Shown here in pieces: positions 1 to 64,000 of a stretch of DNA of 64,000 nucleotides. The notes beneath the pieces are model-generated. The model did not search any database and had not been told where the DNA came from. It was given only the letters and a program-made list of their open reading frames with translations. Positions within the stretch are counted from its first letter, which is position 1. Each line of letters starts with the position of its first letter. This DNA is from Mobula hypostoma. Its lineage: Eukaryota. Both the position numbers and the translations under genes were made by a program. The stretch is taken from NCBI RefSeq assembly GCF_963921235.1, contig NC_086107.1, forward strand, positions 103,046,001 to 103,110,000, given 5' to 3'.

Positions 1-190
1 TACGTTTTCCCCATTACCATGTGGGTTTCCTCTGGGTGCTCCAGTTTCCTCCCACAATTAGTTAGTCATTGATAGGTTAATTGGTCATTGGGAATTATCC
101 CGTGATTAGGCAAGAGTTAAATCGGGTTGCTGGCGACGTGGCATGAAGGGCCAGAAGGGCCTGTTCCGCACTGTATCTTAATTAATAACT
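1..190 (+). mobile_element. V-SINE/HE1-like SINE 3' part
   Basis: V-domain motif TGGGTTTCCTCTGGGTGCTCCAGTTTCCTCCCACA followed by a CR1-like tail GGGCCAGAAGGGCCTGTTCC. Related copies lie near 6720-6900(-), 56880-57210(+) and 59375-60030(+). Confidence 0.7.
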
Positions 191-239
191 CGATGAAAGC
201 TGAGTGGTAGTGTAAGTTCCGAGAGGACAGAGTGGGTAA

Positions 240-900
240 TAGGGAGATCGAGTGTATGTACAGGGACTTGACAGATGGAAGCTAGTCCAGAAGAGGTGAG
301 ATCGTGTGGGTGCTGGGGAAGAAGTAGAAAAATGGTGTATTTAACAAATGGAGTGAAATTGGGAAACGTTATTGTTCAATGGGGCCTGCATGATTTTTTA
401 AAAAATATAAATCACTGCAAGTTAAAGAGTAGAGAAAACAAGCGATTAGAAGGCAGATTGTACATTGGCTTTTACTACAAGAGGTGTTGAGTTCAAAGGC
501 AATGAAGTCGCACTTCACCTCAAATACCAGATACTGCTCTGGTCTTCCTAACTAAAGATATACAGTGACAAAGGTTCACCAGGTTGATTCCTGAGTGGTT
601 CTCCTACGACTAAGCAGACTAGGCCTTATCTCTGTGGTTTAGAAAAATGTGAGGTGATCAGATTGGGGATTGACAGGATAATTGCATGTTTCCTCAAGCT
701 GGGACATTTAAAACCAGGGCCAAAGTCTCAAAATAAGTTATTAGTCACTCAGAACTGAAATAAGAAATTTCTCCACCAGAGGATAGTGTGTTTGTGAATG
801 CTCAGTCACTGAACATATGGAGATTGAGGGAATCAAAGGATGTGGCGTTAGAATGAGAAAGTGGAGCTAATGGGTGAAAAAAATCGATGATTTTAGTCAA
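240..900 (+). mobile_element. Degenerate CR1 (HER1-like) LINE 3' fragment
   Basis: Decayed similarity to the better-preserved CR1 copies in the window (e.g. AAGGTTCACCAGGTTGATTCCTG; AGAAATTTCTCCACCAGAGGATAGTG). Boundaries approximate. Confidence 0.6.
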
Positions 901-1015
901 TGGGAGAATAGATAGGAATATCTGAACTGTCTGTTCCTGTCTCTACATCTGATCTTTTTCTTGTTTTCTGACATAAAACCAATTAGAAGTTTTACTGAGA
1001 AGCAGCCTCCAATGA

Positions 1016-61313
<60,298 letters not shown>

Positions 61314-61572
61314 GTATTCTTGCTTGGTGTTGACTCTGTGCTTTTCTTCATAAAAACCCAGTTCCAATTCCCCAGCTTCTGCTGTTCCCACTTAAATGAA
61401 AGTACCTTGCCAGTAGCGTTTTCCCAACTAGTGATTTTCACAAGCCTTAATATAATTGTCCTGCAAGATCAGATGTGAGGAGTCAAGTCAAGCTTATTGT
61501 CATTTAACTATGTACATGTGTATCTATAATGTATAGGGAAATGAGACAACATTTCTTCGAATCAGGGTGTAA

Positions 61573-62300
61573 ACATAGAAACATTGAAAACCTGCAACAC
61601 AATACAGGCCCTTCGGCCCACAAAGCTGTATTGAACATGTCCTTACCTTAGAAATTACCTTGGGTTACCCATAGCCCTCGATTTTTCTAAGCTCCATGTA
61701 CCCATCCAGGAGTCTCTTAAAAGACCCTATTGTATCCACCTCCACCACCGTCACTGGCAGCCCATTCCACACACACACAATTTTCTGCTTTAAAAAAACT
61801 TACCCATGACATCTCCTCTGTACCTACTTCCAAGCACCTTAAAACTGTGCCCTCTCGTGTTAGCCACTTCAGCCCTGGGAAAAAACCTCTGATTATTCAC
61901 ACGATCAGTGCCTCTCATCATCTTATACACCTCTATCAGGTCACCTCTCATCCTCCGTCGCTCCAAGGAGAAAAGGCTGAGTTCACTCAACCTATTCTCA
62001 TAAGGCATGCTCCCCAATCCAGGCAACATCCTTGTAAATTTCCTCTGCACCCTTTGTGTAGTTTCCACATCCTTCCTGTAGTGAGGCGACCAAAACTGAG
62101 CACAGTACTCCAAGTGGGGTCTGACCAGGGTCCTATATAGCTGCAACATTACCTCTTGGCTCCTAAACTCAATCCCATGATTGATGCACTGTATGCCTTC
62201 TTAAACCACAGAGTCAAGCTGCAGAACAGCTTTGAGTGTCCTAGGGACTCGGACTCTAAGATCTCTCTGACCCTCCACACTGCTAAGAGTCTTACCGTTA
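61573..62300 (-). mobile_element. Young CR1 LINE 3' end nested in a Rex-like fragment (~61485-62945)
   Basis: MLQLYRTLVRPHLEYCAQFWSPHYRKDVETTQRVQRKFTRMLPGLGSMPYENRL; very similar to 18735-19250. Confidence 0.9.
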
Positions 62301-63470
62301 AAGCACAGTAGTACACATAATACACAATAATTTATGAAGGTAAGGATAACATCTACAAATGAATCACACTAAAGTGCATTAATATTAAATATGGTAAGAT
62401 ACAGAACAGATTAACCAGTGGCACTTCAAATATGATGTGTCCAGGGGTTCAGAAGCCTAATGGCCTGGGGGAAGAAACTTTCTCATTCTAACCGTCAATG
62501 TAGCGCTCCGGATAAATGCCTCTATGGATGGATGGTGGGGAGACCCTTATGATCCTCTTAGCTGTTCTCACAGTCCTTTGTAGGGGCTTCTGGTCCAATG
62601 CTCAACTGCTCCCATACCAGATAGAGATGCAACTTGTCAGGATGCTCTCAATGGTGCTCCTGAAGATTTTGATTTTGGGGTGGGGGGGGGGCCTTACTTG
62701 CTTCAATCTTCTTAAGAATTGGAGGCACTGCTGTGCCTTCTTCAGGGAGGAGATGCTAAGGAACCAGTTGAAGTCATCCATGATGTGAACTCCCAGGAAC
62801 TTGGTGCACTTAACTCTGTGTATGGGGGAGCCATGTAATCGCAGAGGGGGATAGTTCATCTGCACCTTCCTTAAGTCCGCAATGATTTCCTTTGTCTTCT
62901 CCACGTTCGGGCTTAGGTTGTTCTTTTCACACCAGTCCACCAGTGGCAAAACTGAACTGAATTCGTATTCAAATGTTCCCTCTGCTGTGTGTACAGCCTG
63001 AGCAGTTTCTTCACTTGCTAGTTCCTAGTTGGTGAGAAATGTTTTTGGATTTCAAGGATACATGTCCTGTTGATTTACAGACCAGATGAAGGGTCTTGAC
63101 CCAAAACATCAACTGTCCATTTCCTTCCATGTTACCTCAAAGTTCAAAGTAAATTTATTATCAAGATATGTATATGTTGCTATATACATACAGTACTGTG
63201 CAGAAGTCTTAGGCAAGGTAAATGTGATTCCAAACAATTGATCATTACAGAAAGTCTCTCCAGTGCTGCCTCTCCTCTTCCCCCTGCCCCACCTTCCCCA
63301 TCCGAGATTCCACTCTCAGTCCACAACAGAGACCCATATCAGAATCAGGTTTATCATCACTCGCATATGTCATGATTTTTTTTTTTGCTGCAATAGCAGC
63401 AGTATAGTGCAATAGATAAAATTACTACTGTACAGTCCAAAAGTCTGAGGCACTCCAGATATATACATAT

Positions 63471-63499
63471 ACACACCACACACACACACACACACACAC
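63471..63499. repeat. (CA)n microsatellite
   Basis: ACACACCACACACACACACACACACACAC. Confidence 0.9.
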
Positions 63500-64000
63500 T
63501 TTTTGACCAGTACTGTACCTTGAGATTAATTTCCTTGCATTCACAGTAAAGCAAAGAAATACAATAAAATCAATGAAAAACGACACACAGAGACTGACAA
63601 ACATACTGAGAATGTCAGTTCCTCTAGCATCGCGTGTGCTGCTCCGGATTCTAGCATCTGCAGTCTCTTGTGTCTCCATGGATACACGCTGTCTGATTTG
63701 GGTTTTGTTGGTACGTAGCTTTTACCTAACAAGGTCTAACTACTGGTGGTTGTGATACCTGAGCAATGATCCCCCTTTCTCACTGTCACTGGCAAACAAG
63801 CTGTCCTCCCAGTTAAGTTCAGAAATAATAAGTGTTACAGGCTACCAGATATCCTGCTGTCTGTCAAAGGAAATCCTGGTCCAGAAGAGGGATTGTACAG
63901 TACCCATTTTTCACTTAATCCATGCATATTAATATTAGACTTAAAAGTCCACCTCTTTGTTTTCACTTGGGAATCATTTCAGCATATATTTCTTATAAAT

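Noticed and set aside
61314..64000. Final ACO2 exon or an overlapping antisense neighbour gene
   Set aside because: No aconitase C-terminal peptide or other recognisable host exon was found. The region is repeats, so the last exon must lie beyond the window.

Overview
Eukaryotic, intron-rich vertebrate DNA. The repeat content (HER1/CR1 LINEs, V-SINE/HE1-like SINEs, very abundant Penelope ends) points to a cartilaginous fish, probably a ray; this is an inference. The only host gene is mitochondrial aconitase ACO2 on the + strand. Thirteen consecutive coding exons (equivalent to human exons 5-17) lie between 1046 and 61313, total 1683 nt = 561 codons, all GT-AG, and join into one open frame. 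The 5' exons and the last exon are outside the window. The introns are densely filled with nested transposable elements: a full-length L1 with a 13-bp TSD, two 5'-truncated L1s, Penelope-like elements, CR1, Rex1/L2-type LINEs, a HERO/NeSL-type LINE, a solo LTR, a Chapaev3 remnant, hAT, Tigger and Tc1 MITEs, and tRNA-derived SINEs. I see no convincing new multi-gene system. The most notable observations are: (1) a MITE closely resembling the mammalian MER2/Tigger element, a horizontal-transfer candidate; (2) an L1 inserted 15 nt upstream of exon 14 whose TSD duplicated the likely branch point; (3) recurrent minimal hammerhead-ribozyme-like motifs in Penelope ends; (4) an inverted copy of the L1 5' motif inside its inter-ORF spacer; (5) an unexplained ~130-nt segment present in two ACO2 introns. 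TE family names come from recalled motifs, not database searches, and TE boundaries without a TSD are approximate.
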